Shown here: positions 1-9,013 of the stretch, one piece after another
Numbering within the stretch: position 1 is the stretch's first letter
How the letters are laid out: the number at the start of each line of letters is the position of its first letter
IMG/VR virus record: IMGVR_UViG_3300044808_000010
Coordinates: 6,891-70,890 of that record
DNA length: 64,000 nucleotides
Direction: 5' to 3' (one strand)
From: a virus
Notes under the pieces: generated by a model
Told to the model about the DNA's origin: nothing
Seen by the model: the letters and a program-made list of their open reading frames with translations, nothing else
The model's database searches: none
Program-made: the position numbers and the translations under genes

Positions 1-399
1 GCGGAGAAGCGCCGGAAGGCCGAAGAGGCTGCTAACGCCGGAAAGGCTGCGCAGGCGGCGAAACTGGCGTCACAGGCGGACAGCATCGAGGCGGCTGCGG
101 AAACGAAGGTGGCGGTGCTGGAGACGACCGCCGCCAGCATTACCGCGCCGAGTGTTGAAGCCGACGTACCAAAGTCCGAGGCGGGCGGGTTTCGTAAGAC
201 CTATGGCGCCCATGTCGAGGATTTCGAGGCGCTGGTCTGCGCGATCGCAAAAGGCATTGAGAGCGGGAGCGGGTTTCCCTCAATCACGTTGCTGAAGATC
301 GACCAGGCGAACTTGAATCGACAAGCCACGGCGCTGAAAGAACACATGAACATCCCCGGAGTGAAACTTGACGTAAAAGTGGGCGTCGTTTCGCGGTAG
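1..399 (+). CDS. 5'-truncated Ala/Glu/Lys-rich coiled-coil phage protein
   Basis: Frame is open from base 1 (AEKRRKAEEAANAGK...) to the stop at 399; C-terminus ...LNRQATALKEHMNIPGVK. Confidence 0.7.
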   Translation, partial: AEKRRKAEEAANAGKAAQAAKLASQADSIEAAAETKVAVLETTAASITAPSVEADVPKSEAGGFRKTYGAHVEDFEALVCAIAKGIESGSGFPSITLLKIDQANLNRQATALKEHMNIPGVKLDVKVGVVSR

Positions 400-428
400 T
401 TGCAACGATGAGTATTTCAACGTATAGT
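400..428 (+). promoter_or_regulatory. sigma70-type promoter TTGCAA-17-TATAGT
   Basis: -35 at 400-405, -10 at 423-428, 17-bp spacer, directly upstream of a structured leader. Confidence 0.65.
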
Positions 429-434
429 CCTTCT

Positions 435-580
435 TGCGAAGATCATGTTGCGGGGCTTTTTTGTGATTGGCCTGCATCTAACAATTTGAGCTTCGAAGGG
501 CGAATCCCTCCGATTTCCGGTCTATCACCCCGCATGATCTTCGCAGACGTGCAGGTAAGACTTGAAGCGGAGGGGTTTTG
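435..580 (+). ncRNA. cis-antisense structured leader RNA (C4/CI-like) upstream of HNH gene
   Basis: 435-455 pairs with 528-545; internal 503-512 is complementary to the RBS region 568-577; 471-476 is complementary to 550-555. Confidence 0.45.
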
Positions 581-584
581 CTTT

Positions 585-1226
585 ATGAAGTATCCACCTA
601 TTCAAATTGGTGACACCTTTGATCGTTATACAGTGATAGCGTCTGCCGGGCGTCTTCCGAATAAAACACCACTCTGGCTTTGCCGTTGCACTTGTGGCAC
701 CGAACGCGAGATCCAGGACGGCAACCTTAAACGCGGACTGGCCCGATCCTGCGGCTGCTTAAAATCGGCTTTAATTTCCGCTGCCAACAGCGCGCACGGA
801 GAGTCAACGCCACCAACGCCGGAATACGACACATGGCACGGCATGATTCGACGTTGCCGATCCACTCGCGGCAACAGTGCTGCAAATTACAAAGAGAGGG
901 GAATTCAAGTTTGTGAACGATGGTTGAGTTCCTATGAAGCCTTTTTATCCGACATGGGGCGGCGACCTTCTTCAGAACACTCCATTGACCGTATAGACAA
1001 CGACGGCAACTACGAACCAGAGAACTGTCGATGGGCGACCAGACGGGAACAGGGACGAAATCGTAGAACCAATCGGCTGATCACTATCAACGGAGAAACT
1101 CGATGTTTGACTGAGTGGTCTGAGATGTCCGGGATTGATGTCAGCACTCTCTGGCGTCGCTTGTCCTATGGATGGGCCGAGGCGCGATTGCTCGACCCGC
1201 TGGTTCGTGGCAGGAGACGCCGCTAA
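585..1226 (+). CDS. HNH homing endonuclease
   Basis: WLCRCTCG, SCGC and SIDRIDNDGNYEPENCRWAT motifs; RBS GGAGG before ATG 585. Confidence 0.85.
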   Translation: MKYPPIQIGDTFDRYTVIASAGRLPNKTPLWLCRCTCGTEREIQDGNLKRGLARSCGCLKSALISAANSAHGESTPPTPEYDTWHGMIRRCRSTRGNSAANYKERGIQVCERWLSSYEAFLSDMGRRPSSEHSIDRIDNDGNYEPENCRWATRREQGRNRRTNRLITINGETRCLTEWSEMSGIDVSTLWRRLSYGWAEARLLDPLVRGRRRR

Positions 1227-1383
1227 GTGACGCACCTTCCCTATTCGTATGTTCGCGCAATGGTCTTCCGTCCTACGGTTGGCTTCGATGGGCGCTGCGA
1301 GTGCTACGACTGCACCGGCCCGAGCGGATGGCGCAGATTTGTCAACGCGATCCTGAGCATCGTTTTCAACTGAAGGAGCCTGA

Positions 1384-1752
1384 ATGAAATCTCCTTGTTT
1401 TCTCGCGCTGGAATCTGGCGATGTAGTTATCTCAACGCGCCCGGGCGAGGCACTCGGTATTCGCTACGACCTTGGGACCGTAGGGTTGATCCGCTGCGAT
1501 AAGACTACTGACGGCGACTTGCATCGCCACGTTCAATTCACGCGCTCGTTAGTCTTGGATTTCAGTTTCTTCAACGCGCAGAACTGGGAAGTGTTAAGAC
1601 ACTGTGCTCAATGCCGCTCAGCCACGATCCTCTCTCAGTTGAAGATGTGCGATGTGTGCTGGCGCCAGGATTACTGTCCAGAGTGTTTAGGGAATCATGA
1701 CTGCCACGTGCCGGCCATCGGCGTAAGCCGTGAGCCGCGGCGCGGCGGATGA
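1384..1752 (+). CDS. hypothetical Cys-rich zinc-finger protein
   Basis: CxxC pairs (CAQC, CDVC, CPEC); RBS AAGGAG. Confidence 0.6.
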   Translation: MKSPCFLALESGDVVISTRPGEALGIRYDLGTVGLIRCDKTTDGDLHRHVQFTRSLVLDFSFFNAQNWEVLRHCAQCRSATILSQLKMCDVCWRQDYCPECLGNHDCHVPAIGVSREPRRGG

Positions 1753-1921
1753 AAGGATTTTAGTTATGAGTGAACCAAACACTTCTCCCGCCGACCGGAA
1801 TCAACCGCACACCAAAGCGCGGGACTGAAATGTCCATAAGCCCAAACCTCGTAATTGCGAGGGTGAAAGCCGAAGGCGTGACACGCTGGAGAGACAGCGA
1901 ATTTGAAATTGAGGTGAGCAA

Positions 1922-2761
1922 ATGAAACCAGAGCAGGAACTACCGGAGCGAATAGACGAGATAAGGAAGCGACGGGCGAAGGTGCCCGAGCCGCCGTGGT
2001 TCGTCTCGTTTGACGACGCAAAGGAACGCGGGCCACACCGCGATTCAGGGTTGGCGCTCGTTGATACTGGCCGCGAAAGCGATTGGCCCATTGCCCGACT
2101 TTGCGAATGGCCGCAAGCCGAGTTCATTGCTCACGCCCCTACCGACATAGATACCCTGTTCGCTGCCCTTGAAGAAGCGCAAGAAAGAATTGCCACCTTG
2201 CGAGAAACCGCAGATCGGGCAACGGCACGCGCTGACTTGGCTGCGGTAGCGCCTCGCTGCGGCGTGTCGAATCCTGGTGGAGTGCCTTGCACGAAAGAGA
2301 AAGGCCACAGCGCCAAGGGTAACGTTACCCACGATCAGGAATCATACGGCCCACTACCTCAACCTGCGGAGGGGGATGGCGAAGTGTTCTATCCCGGCAT
2401 CGTGGATCAGAAAACCCTTTCCGCGTGCTTGGAAACCGCAGAACAGATCGTCCGCAATCCACAGCCTGATCGCATCGAGCGATTCAAACGAACGAAGGCA
2501 AAGCTAGTCGCACAAATCAAAGCGCATCCATTATCGTTTGATGAATGGAACGCTGGCCGCGCTCTTACTCCACCTCTACCTACACAGTCTGCGGAGTCGG
2601 ATGATTATGTCGCGTGGTGTACTTATACCTACAACGAAGAGGGCGGAATCCAAACCATTGTGACGTGCGATTCGGACGCGAAAGGAGCATTCAAAGTCTA
2701 TCGAGCCATACCCGTATCTGAACCGTCTGCGGAGGCTCAACCAGAGGAAGGTGAGAAGTGA
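1922..2761 (+). CDS. Ead/Ea22-like phage protein
   Basis: PPW...AEFIAHAPTDIDTLFAALE motif; RBS GAGGTG. Confidence 0.6.
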   Translation: MKPEQELPERIDEIRKRRAKVPEPPWFVSFDDAKERGPHRDSGLALVDTGRESDWPIARLCEWPQAEFIAHAPTDIDTLFAALEEAQERIATLRETADRATARADLAAVAPRCGVSNPGGVPCTKEKGHSAKGNVTHDQESYGPLPQPAEGDGEVFYPGIVDQKTLSACLETAEQIVRNPQPDRIERFKRTKAKLVAQIKAHPLSFDEWNAGRALTPPLPTQSAESDDYVAWCTYTYNEEGGIQTIVTCDSDAKGAFKVYRAIPVSEPSAEAQPEEGEK

Positions 2762-3237
2762 AATCAGATTCAGGTGAGCGACCAACAATGAAAGCGGCGC
2801 GGCGTGTAGCAGAGGAACTATTCGGCAACTTAGGCATGGACGCCACGCTTGGCGATGTTCGTATTATCGCTCGAATCATCGACGAAGAGATGTCACCTCC
2901 CGATGAAGCGTTAGGAGCAGATGAAGTAGCGCGAGAGGCAGGAAGGCGAGCGGCAGCGAAGATCGCAAACGTTCTAAACATTCAACATCCCGAGATTGAT
3001 TGGCCGTTTCAAACGATCACGATAGTCGTCGCTGACGAGATCGCCCCCGCTATCCGTGAAGCAGAACAACGAACACGGGTAGAGGTACTTAATGAAGCAA
3101 TCGCCCTGGTCGAGAATTTGAGAATAGACCCGGCCTTTAGCGGCCATTGGCAGAACGGATTCCAGATGGCGAAGTCAAAAGCCGTCGCAGCGTTTAGAAG
3201 CGACCTTAAAATCAACCCCGTTAAAGAGAGGCTGTAA
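2758..3237 (+). CDS. hypothetical protein
   Basis: GTGA overlap with upstream stop; operon context. Confidence 0.6.
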   Translation: MKSDSGERPTMKAARRVAEELFGNLGMDATLGDVRIIARIIDEEMSPPDEALGADEVAREAGRRAAAKIANVLNIQHPEIDWPFQTITIVVADEIAPAIREAEQRTRVEVLNEAIALVENLRIDPAFSGHWQNGFQMAKSKAVAAFRSDLKINPVKERL

Positions 3238-3260
3238 CCAATCAGCCAGAAAGGTAAAGT

Positions 3261-3866
3261 ATGCCGAGAGCAGAAGTTCAGATTTCACCCTTAGTCACCA
3301 TCGTTATCGACGCGCCGGAGGGCTCCAGCGGCGCTGAAACCCAGAAGACGCTTATCGAAGGAATTGCCTTCTGGCAAAGCCTTCCCACGGCCTGCCCAAT
3401 GCCCGGATGCGGCGCGCCGCTCCATTTCACCGCGCGCCATCCGCAGAACTTTCATTACTACGGTCTGCGCTGTGAAGGGCCAAAACCACACGAAGCAAAC
3501 TTAGGAGAGCGCAAAGACGGAACCAGCCTCTATGCCAAGGATGATGGCTGGAAAGACGCCTATGGCGGCGACCAGGAAGGCGGCGGTTCCGCGCCGGCGC
3601 AGGCTACGCAGTCCGCCCCCGCGCAAAATTCCCCCAGTGGGGGACAAGCGCCGCAAGGTGGCATCGCGCCGCCGACGATTGCGACCATCATGCGCACCGC
3701 CGCTGGCAAGACGCCGCCGATGTCCGATGCTAATGCAGTGCTGGCGTTTATCCGCGAGTGCGCCAAGCAGGATCCGGCACTGTCCGGCGCAGCGAACGTG
3801 CAGGAGATTAAACAACTGACCGAGGCGCAGGGCCAGGCGGTCATTACGAACCTGAGCTATTTGTAA
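3261..3866 (+). CDS. hypothetical protein with Cys/His motif and low-complexity linker
   Basis: CPMPGC...YYGLRC..H; RBS AAAGGT. Confidence 0.65.
   Translation: MPRAEVQISPLVTIVIDAPEGSSGAETQKTLIEGIAFWQSLPTACPMPGCGAPLHFTARHPQNFHYYGLRCEGPKPHEANLGERKDGTSLYAKDDGWKDAYGGDQEGGGSAPAQATQSAPAQNSPSGGQAPQGGIAPPTIATIMRTAAGKTPPMSDANAVLAFIRECAKQDPALSGAANVQEIKQLTEAQGQAVITNLSYL
3630..3644. repeat. dispersed palindrome copy 1 TCCCCCAGTGGGGGA
   Basis: In CDS, encodes SPSGG. Confidence 0.95.
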
Positions 3867-3872
3867 GCCTTG

Positions 3873-3940
3873 TGGCCGTGGCGCGAAAGCGCGTGAGGGA
3901 GCCAGATTCTTTCTCCCTCGCTACCGAAAGGACGCGGCCA
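3873..3940 (+). ncRNA. compact four-way-junction RNA candidate with two GAAA tetraloops
   Basis: TGGCCGTG/CGCGGCCA closing stem; GCGC-GAAA-GCGC; GTGAGGGAG/CTCCCTCGC; CC-GAAA-GG. Confidence 0.45.
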
Positions 3941-3967
3941 TCAATTTCTCATTTTGGAGGTTCACTC

Positions 3968-4246
3968 ATGGCTCGAAACTTTAGAGATGTAATCGCACAA
4001 ATCTTACCGCTTATTCCGGTCGATACGTCGGATGAAAACGACGACTTCACCGAACTCCGCAACGATTTAATACGGATAACAAGCGACTGGTACAAAGGTG
4101 CAGAGATAGACGGCGCACCGCTCTGGATGGGCGCAGCGTCAATCCTCGAACAGTGGCTTGAAGACCCGCAGCCGGACTGGCAAGAATGGAAGTGGCAGGT
4201 GCTTTCTATCTTCACGGGCGTTCCGTTTACAGCGGGAGGCGAGTGA
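3968..4246 (+). CDS. hypothetical protein
   Basis: RBS GGAGG then ATG 3968. Confidence 0.6.
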   Translation: MARNFRDVIAQILPLIPVDTSDENDDFTELRNDLIRITSDWYKGAEIDGAPLWMGAASILEQWLEDPQPDWQEWKWQVLSIFTGVPFTAGGE

Positions 4247-4566
4247 TGCCCGACCGTCTGCCCTGTCCGCCGCAGTCGAAGTCAATCAGCCAGCGCAGGG
4301 CTGCGCAACGGCGCGAGAAAGCGCCAGAGCCGTTTCTGTTCCCGGAACGCATTCTCGCCTCGCCTGAACTGTTGGAATTTGCGGCGCGCCACGGCTACGA
4401 AGGGGAAGAGTTGAAGCATTCGATTGAGTCCATGCGTATCAAGCGCCTCAGAGACAACAAGCAATACCGGGACGAGCGAGAGTTAGCGCTGGACATCCAG
4501 TACTGGATTATGAACTGCGCGTCGAATCGAGATAAGCATGCAAATGCGAATGGAGGACAATGGTGA
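4246..4566 (+). CDS. hypothetical protein (possibly replication-associated)
   Basis: TGATG overlap; near dnaB. Confidence 0.5.
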   Translation: MPDRLPCPPQSKSISQRRAAQRREKAPEPFLFPERILASPELLEFAARHGYEGEELKHSIESMRIKRLRDNKQYRDERELALDIQYWIMNCASNRDKHANANGGQW

Positions 4567-5060
4567 GATACGCAGCCGATACATCGGTCAGCAGTGAGCG
4601 GAGTCAGGCAGAGATTAAATCTACCCTGCAACGCTACGGTGCCAGCAAGTACGCCTTCTTCGAAGAGGATTCACGGTCGGCGATTATGTTCGAACTTGAA
4701 GATCGGCGGCTGCGCTTCGACTTGCCGCTTCCGAGTCGGACGGAGGACGAGTTCATTTTTCGCTACCGCATGGGCGAGAAGACCAGCAACGTCTTTCCGA
4801 TTGACCAGCAGCACAAGAAGTGGGAGCAAGCCTGTCGCCAGCGTTGGCGCGCGCTCGCTTTGGCGATCAAGGCCAAACTTGAAGCCGTGGAAAGCGGGAT
4901 CACCACCTTCGAAGATGAGTTTCTGGCGCACATTGTCATGCCGAACGGGATGACCATCGGCCAGCACATCACGCCGCAAATTCCAGACCTTTGCGCGACC
5001 GGGCGATTGCCGCAGTTAATGCCGGGGAAGCACGTTAAGCAAAAACAACTAACGAGTTGA
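4560..5060 (+). CDS. conserved hypothetical phage protein
   Basis: YAADTSVSSERSQAEI...RQRWRALALAIKAKLEAVESGITTFEDEFLAH, a recurring phage family. Confidence 0.75.
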   Translation: MVRYAADTSVSSERSQAEIKSTLQRYGASKYAFFEEDSRSAIMFELEDRRLRFDLPLPSRTEDEFIFRYRMGEKTSNVFPIDQQHKKWEQACRQRWRALALAIKAKLEAVESGITTFEDEFLAHIVMPNGMTIGQHITPQIPDLCATGRLPQLMPGKHVKQKQLTS

Positions 5061-5095
5061 TTGTTGAGAGGCCGCTATGTTAGAAACGCGCCCCC

Positions 5096-6502
5096 ATGTC
5101 ACACGAAACCTTATTCGAGCGCCCGCTACCATCATCACCGGAAACCGAGCGGGCGATCCTTGGCGCGATCATCCTCGACAATCGACTGATTGACGAAGCT
5201 GTTTCACTGGTAAGAATCGAAGACTTTTACGTTCCATCGCACCGGAGAATCTTTATCGCAATGCTGGCCCTCCACGAACGACACATCGAAATCAACCCTA
5301 TCCTGATCGCCGAAGAGTTGCGGCGCGACCAGGCGCTTGAAGGCGTGGGCGGAGTGTCGTTCCTGACGAACCTGACCTATGGGCTCCCGCACGTCTCTGG
5401 AATTAAGAATTATGCCCGCGTGGTACGTGGTAAAGCCGACCTACGCTGGACGATCAAGGAGTGCGCCAAAATCACGAATCAGGCGCTTGAGGAAGAAGAT
5501 GAGCCGCAAGTAATCCTCGCCTCGGCCGCCGAACGCTTCTCCGCCATGCGGGAGAAGAATACGAATGGTTTCACAGGCGGGCAACTAGCAGACGTTGGGC
5601 GCCAAGTCGAAGATCACCTGTACGTGGTTCAGGCTGGCGTGAATCCAACCATCCCCACCGGAATTGAGCGCCTCGACGCTTTGACCGGCGGCGGGATTTC
5701 ACCGGGGCAGATGTGGGGAATTGGAGCTTTGAGTAGTCGCGGGAAAACTGCTTTTTTGCTTCAGATGCTTATGCACATGGCTGGGCGCAGGGAACTTGGC
5801 GTTACGCCGGGAATCGTTTTGTTCTCACTTGAGATGACGTCGCTGCTTCTCGGCCTTCGAGTTCTGGCCGGCGCGGCGAGCTTTCCGATTAACCATATCA
5901 AGGTCGGCATGCCCCAGGGTGAAGTGGATTTACTGCTGAAGAAGGCAAAAGAGGCATTCGATCTGCCGATGTGGGTGTACACGGACTGCCGCTCAGTCTC
6001 CGACATTCATGCGCGAATCAAGATGTTGAAGCGAAAGCACCCAATTCAAGTAGTGGGAGTTGATTACTACGGGCTTCTGCGCGGGCGCAATGATAATAAT
6101 CGGTACGAGAACAGAACGCAGGAATTGAAGTACATCGCGTCTTATCTGCAGCAGGAAATCGCTATTTCAGAAGAAGTCGGGTTGATTGTCCCAGCGCAAT
6201 TCAACCGATCGGGCTGGGGCGCTGCGGAGTTGGGACCAGGAAACATTGATGGCGGCGAGGCGTTCCACCAGGCATGCGACATGTTCGCAGTGCTGAATAC
6301 TGAGAAATCAAAGAAGGTTGGCGCCGTAACCGCCCCGGCAAGTTTTGCGATTCACAAGCAAAGGAATGGGCCAACCGCGACCGGGAAAGACGCGATCCTG
6401 CTGGATTTCAACAAAGACCGAATGATGTTCTTTCCGCGGCTGGAAGATTCTGGCGAAGAAGTTCCAGACGAACCGACTGAAAATATGAAGGATTACTTAT
6501 GA
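5096..6502 (+). CDS. dnaB: replicative DNA helicase, DnaB family
   Basis: N-domain PSSPETERAILGAII/DFYVPSHRRIF; Walker A-like GALSSRGKT; FSLEM; VDY; AQFNR; KQRNGPT. Confidence 0.95.
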   Translation: MSHETLFERPLPSSPETERAILGAIILDNRLIDEAVSLVRIEDFYVPSHRRIFIAMLALHERHIEINPILIAEELRRDQALEGVGGVSFLTNLTYGLPHVSGIKNYARVVRGKADLRWTIKECAKITNQALEEEDEPQVILASAAERFSAMREKNTNGFTGGQLADVGRQVEDHLYVVQAGVNPTIPTGIERLDALTGGGISPGQMWGIGALSSRGKTAFLLQMLMHMAGRRELGVTPGIVLFSLEMTSLLLGLRVLAGAASFPINHIKVGMPQGEVDLLLKKAKEAFDLPMWVYTDCRSVSDIHARIKMLKRKHPIQVVGVDYYGLLRGRNDNNRYENRTQELKYIASYLQQEIAISEEVGLIVPAQFNRSGWGAAELGPGNIDGGEAFHQACDMFAVLNTEKSKKVGAVTAPASFAIHKQRNGPTATGKDAILLDFNKDRMMFFPRLEDSGEEVPDEPTENMKDYL

Positions 6503-7392
6503 GTTTACCAAAAGTAGAAGATGCGTTTGAAGTGTGGGTTTCACGGGAAGAAGCGCGGTTCGGTCGCGTTGCGATAAAGCCAATGTGGGATTGGTTAAGC
6601 AAAGCCTTTCTTGCTGGCGCAGAGTACGGCGCAGCGGCGGGCGAGCAGATGCTTTGCGATAGACCCTACGGCCACGAAGGGGAATGCGCCTCAGATCGTC
6701 CGGGGGAATCTGCAAAGGGGGGCAGAGCAGATTCTCCCGTGGAGTGCGGCCAGCGCTGGAATTTCTCTGGTATCGGGTGCCGTTTTGAGGCGGGACATAA
6801 AGGCGGGCATTCGTGGGAGCCGCCGGAGTGCGGCATTCGAGGTTGCGTGTTCGCCTTCGGGCATCGGGGCGAATGCTCGCCCGATCTCCAGCCCCCAACC
6901 TCCCCCGTGGGGGACAGATCGCCCGTCTGCGCAGTCATCTCGGTTCCCGGCGGGCTTCCCTGTACGTTTGCACGGCATCACGCCAGCGCGCATTCGTGGG
7001 CGATGAGCCGCGACTACAAAGTGTCGGCGACAGGCGCAAAGAGTATTCCATCACTTGAGGCGGGAACTTGGGACAATACGCGCTCAAATCCCGACATGGC
7101 GCATTCGGCAGAAGGCTTCGCGCCGCCTTGCGTCACGTCTGACACCGTAGTTCTAACCGACAAAGGCTGGAGTGCCGTCAAAAACATTTGCAAACCGCCG
7201 CTCGGCGTCGTTCCGCAACACATCTGGCGCGAAGCGCGCGCGCGCGACCTCGCCAGAGCGATCCACGAGTATTGCGAGAGCGGAGCAAGGATTCAGCGCC
7301 CGTCGGTGCCACCTGCCACGGCATCACCGAGCAATGTTTACCCGGTTGGCGACTGGATTCGCGAGTTAGGAGAACTATGGGAGACGCTGTGA
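6499..7392 (+). CDS. protein with four Cys/His zinc-knuckle-like repeats and an intein block-A-like segment
   Basis: CDRPYGHEGEC, CRFEAGHKGGH, CVFAFGHRGEC, CTFARHHASAH; CVTSDTVVLTDKGW. Confidence 0.65.
   Translation: MSLPKVEDAFEVWVSREEARFGRVAIKPMWDWLSKAFLAGAEYGAAAGEQMLCDRPYGHEGECASDRPGESAKGGRADSPVECGQRWNFSGIGCRFEAGHKGGHSWEPPECGIRGCVFAFGHRGECSPDLQPPTSPVGDRSPVCAVISVPGGLPCTFARHHASAHSWAMSRDYKVSATGAKSIPSLEAGTWDNTRSNPDMAHSAEGFAPPCVTSDTVVLTDKGWSAVKNICKPPLGVVPQHIWREARARDLARAIHEYCESGARIQRPSVPPATASPSNVYPVGDWIRELGELWETL
6901..6914. repeat. dispersed palindrome copy 2 TCCCCCGTGGGGGA
   Basis: In CDS, SPVGD. Confidence 0.95.
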
Positions 7393-7847
7393 AACCATCG
7401 CCGGGGACAGAAATGGATGATACTGCCGCTGCGCCACACTTGAGGCAGGCTGAGCGAGACGACCCCCAGCAAGGGCATGGGAACACCCCCGCCTCTAGCG
7501 GCGCGTCTCAGGGCGATTTTAGCCCAAACTCAGATTCCGCCAGTTCGCATCTCGCCACAGAAGGCGATCTCGACGCCCTCGCGCCCGAAAATTCCCCCAT
7601 GGGGGACTCCGATGGCATGTCGTGCGACAAGTGTAGCAACCCGGCTGAATTATTGCTCTTGCTCGACGACCTGCCGCCTCGCTGCTTCAACTGCTGCCTA
7701 ATCGCCGCGATGAAGCGTCCCTGCTCGATCTGCGGCCAGCACATCACCGAGGCGATAACCCGCGCCTTGGACCAACAAGGTAAACCCAATACCATAGGCG
7801 TCTGCGCACAGTGCTTTATGAAAGCTGTGGCGGCGCAGAGGAATTGA
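7389..7847 (+). CDS. hypothetical Cys-rich protein
   Basis: Four CxxC pairs in the C-terminal half; GTGA overlap start (start uncertain). Confidence 0.55.
   Translation: MKPSPGTEMDDTAAAPHLRQAERDDPQQGHGNTPASSGASQGDFSPNSDSASSHLATEGDLDALAPENSPMGDSDGMSCDKCSNPAELLLLLDDLPPRCFNCCLIAAMKRPCSICGQHITEAITRALDQQGKPNTIGVCAQCFMKAVAAQRN
7593..7606. repeat. dispersed palindrome copy 3 TCCCCCATGGGGGA
   Basis: In CDS, SPMGD. Confidence 0.95.
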
Positions 7848-7848
7848 A

Positions 7849-8049
7849 ATGGATAATCCGTTTTGCTGTCGATGCAAGGAAGACTTTGACGTAGCCACGG
7901 AACCCGCTTCGTGGCGCATGGGCATGATGCGGCTGCTGAGTAAAGCCCCAAAGCGCATCCGGGATCGCTTTCGCGAGTGGCTGGATCACGCCACGGGAAA
8001 GTATCTCTGCGGAAACTGCTACTTTGACTTAACTGACGATGAATACTGA
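7849..8049 (+). CDS. small zinc-finger protein
   Basis: CCRC...LCGNC. Confidence 0.55.
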   Translation: MDNPFCCRCKEDFDVATEPASWRMGMMRLLSKAPKRIRDRFREWLDHATGKYLCGNCYFDLTDDEY

Positions 8050-8266
8050 CGCTCTCACCCGCATGGAAGACTGGCTGGGCAAGGCGCACCGCGCTGTCAT
8101 CACCAGGTATCCAACTGTCTACTTTGGGACCGAGACAGAAGAAAAATACGCCGCCGGGGAGAAACTTGACGCCGCGCTGTACGCCCACTTCTATGAGGGA
8201 AGCATTTCACTTGAAGAGTTGTTGGTGGTTTGGAGAGTTTATTATCGCAGCGCGATACCGTTCTAA
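8039..8266 (+). CDS. hypothetical protein
   Basis: Tightly packed in operon. Confidence 0.55.
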   Translation: MNTDALTRMEDWLGKAHRAVITRYPTVYFGTETEEKYAAGEKLDAALYAHFYEGSISLEELLVVWRVYYRSAIPF

Positions 8267-8277
8267 AGGAGGTTCTG

Positions 8278-8556
8278 ATGGGCGCATTTTGTCGAGGCTG
8301 TCATTGTCCGATCATCTGGGCGCGGCACATCAAAACGGAGAAACCAGCGCCGCTCGTTTACGCGAAGGATGACGAGGTTGCCAACATCTTCGCGGCACCC
8401 GTTCCGCCAGATATGAGCGAGTGGAAGTATCGGATCGCCACCGCCGAAGACCTTGAGGGCGGAATCAAGCCGCTGTTTCTCAATCACTTCAGCAATTGTC
8501 CTGCGCGTCAGAAATTCAAAACCGAGAAAGCAGAGAAAGCCGGAGCGCCAGTATGA
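8278..8556 (+). CDS. hypothetical phage protein (CxxCxxPIIW...NHFxxCP family)
   Basis: RBS AAGGAGG; CRGCHCPIIW and NHFSNCP. Confidence 0.7.
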   Translation: MGAFCRGCHCPIIWARHIKTEKPAPLVYAKDDEVANIFAAPVPPDMSEWKYRIATAEDLEGGIKPLFLNHFSNCPARQKFKTEKAEKAGAPV

Positions 8557-8759
8557 GCACACAAATCGAATACGATGACGACATATTCGATGACGAAGAA
8601 GATGGGCACTCTTGTCCGTCATGCGGCGGTGATGGCATCGTTGAATACTTGGACGCGCCCGACAGTTGGGGCGAAGACTGCCCGAGCGAAGAAAATCATC
8701 TCGTAACCTGCCCCAACTGCAAAGGATCGGGATTGAGGAAGGATTGCGATTCGCAATGA
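8553..8759 (+). CDS. DnaJ-type CxxCxGxG zinc-finger microprotein
   Basis: CPSCGGDG and CPNCKGSG. Confidence 0.7.
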   Translation: MSTQIEYDDDIFDDEEDGHSCPSCGGDGIVEYLDAPDSWGEDCPSEENHLVTCPNCKGSGLRKDCDSQ

Positions 8760-9013
8760 ACCTAACCACCAAAATCTTAACCAGTGTTTCCAGCGTAGAG
8801 CCTTGCACTTTTTCTGAGATGTTGCAGGGCATGGGCGCTGACGCCCCGGAGCGTGACGACAAGGCGGCGTGGCGCGAACTTTTTCAAGCCCTTGAGTCGC
8901 TGGAAAAGATGGAACTCGTCACCATTGAGCGCGCTAACGGGCGGATCGATACCCTGATGCTCACGTCGGTCGGTGCCGAACTCGCCCGCGAGGCGCTGAA
9001 GGAGAATAGATAA
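8756..9013 (+). CDS. small winged-helix-like protein
   Basis: ATGA overlap; helix plus wing pattern ending LTSVG. Confidence 0.55.
   Translation: MNLTTKILTSVSSVEPCTFSEMLQGMGADAPERDDKAAWRELFQALESLEKMELVTIERANGRIDTLMLTSVGAELAREALKENR

Noticed and set aside
408-584. Longer N-terminus of the HNH ORF given in the ORF track
   Set aside because: It overlaps the promoter and structured leader; the RBS supports ATG 585.
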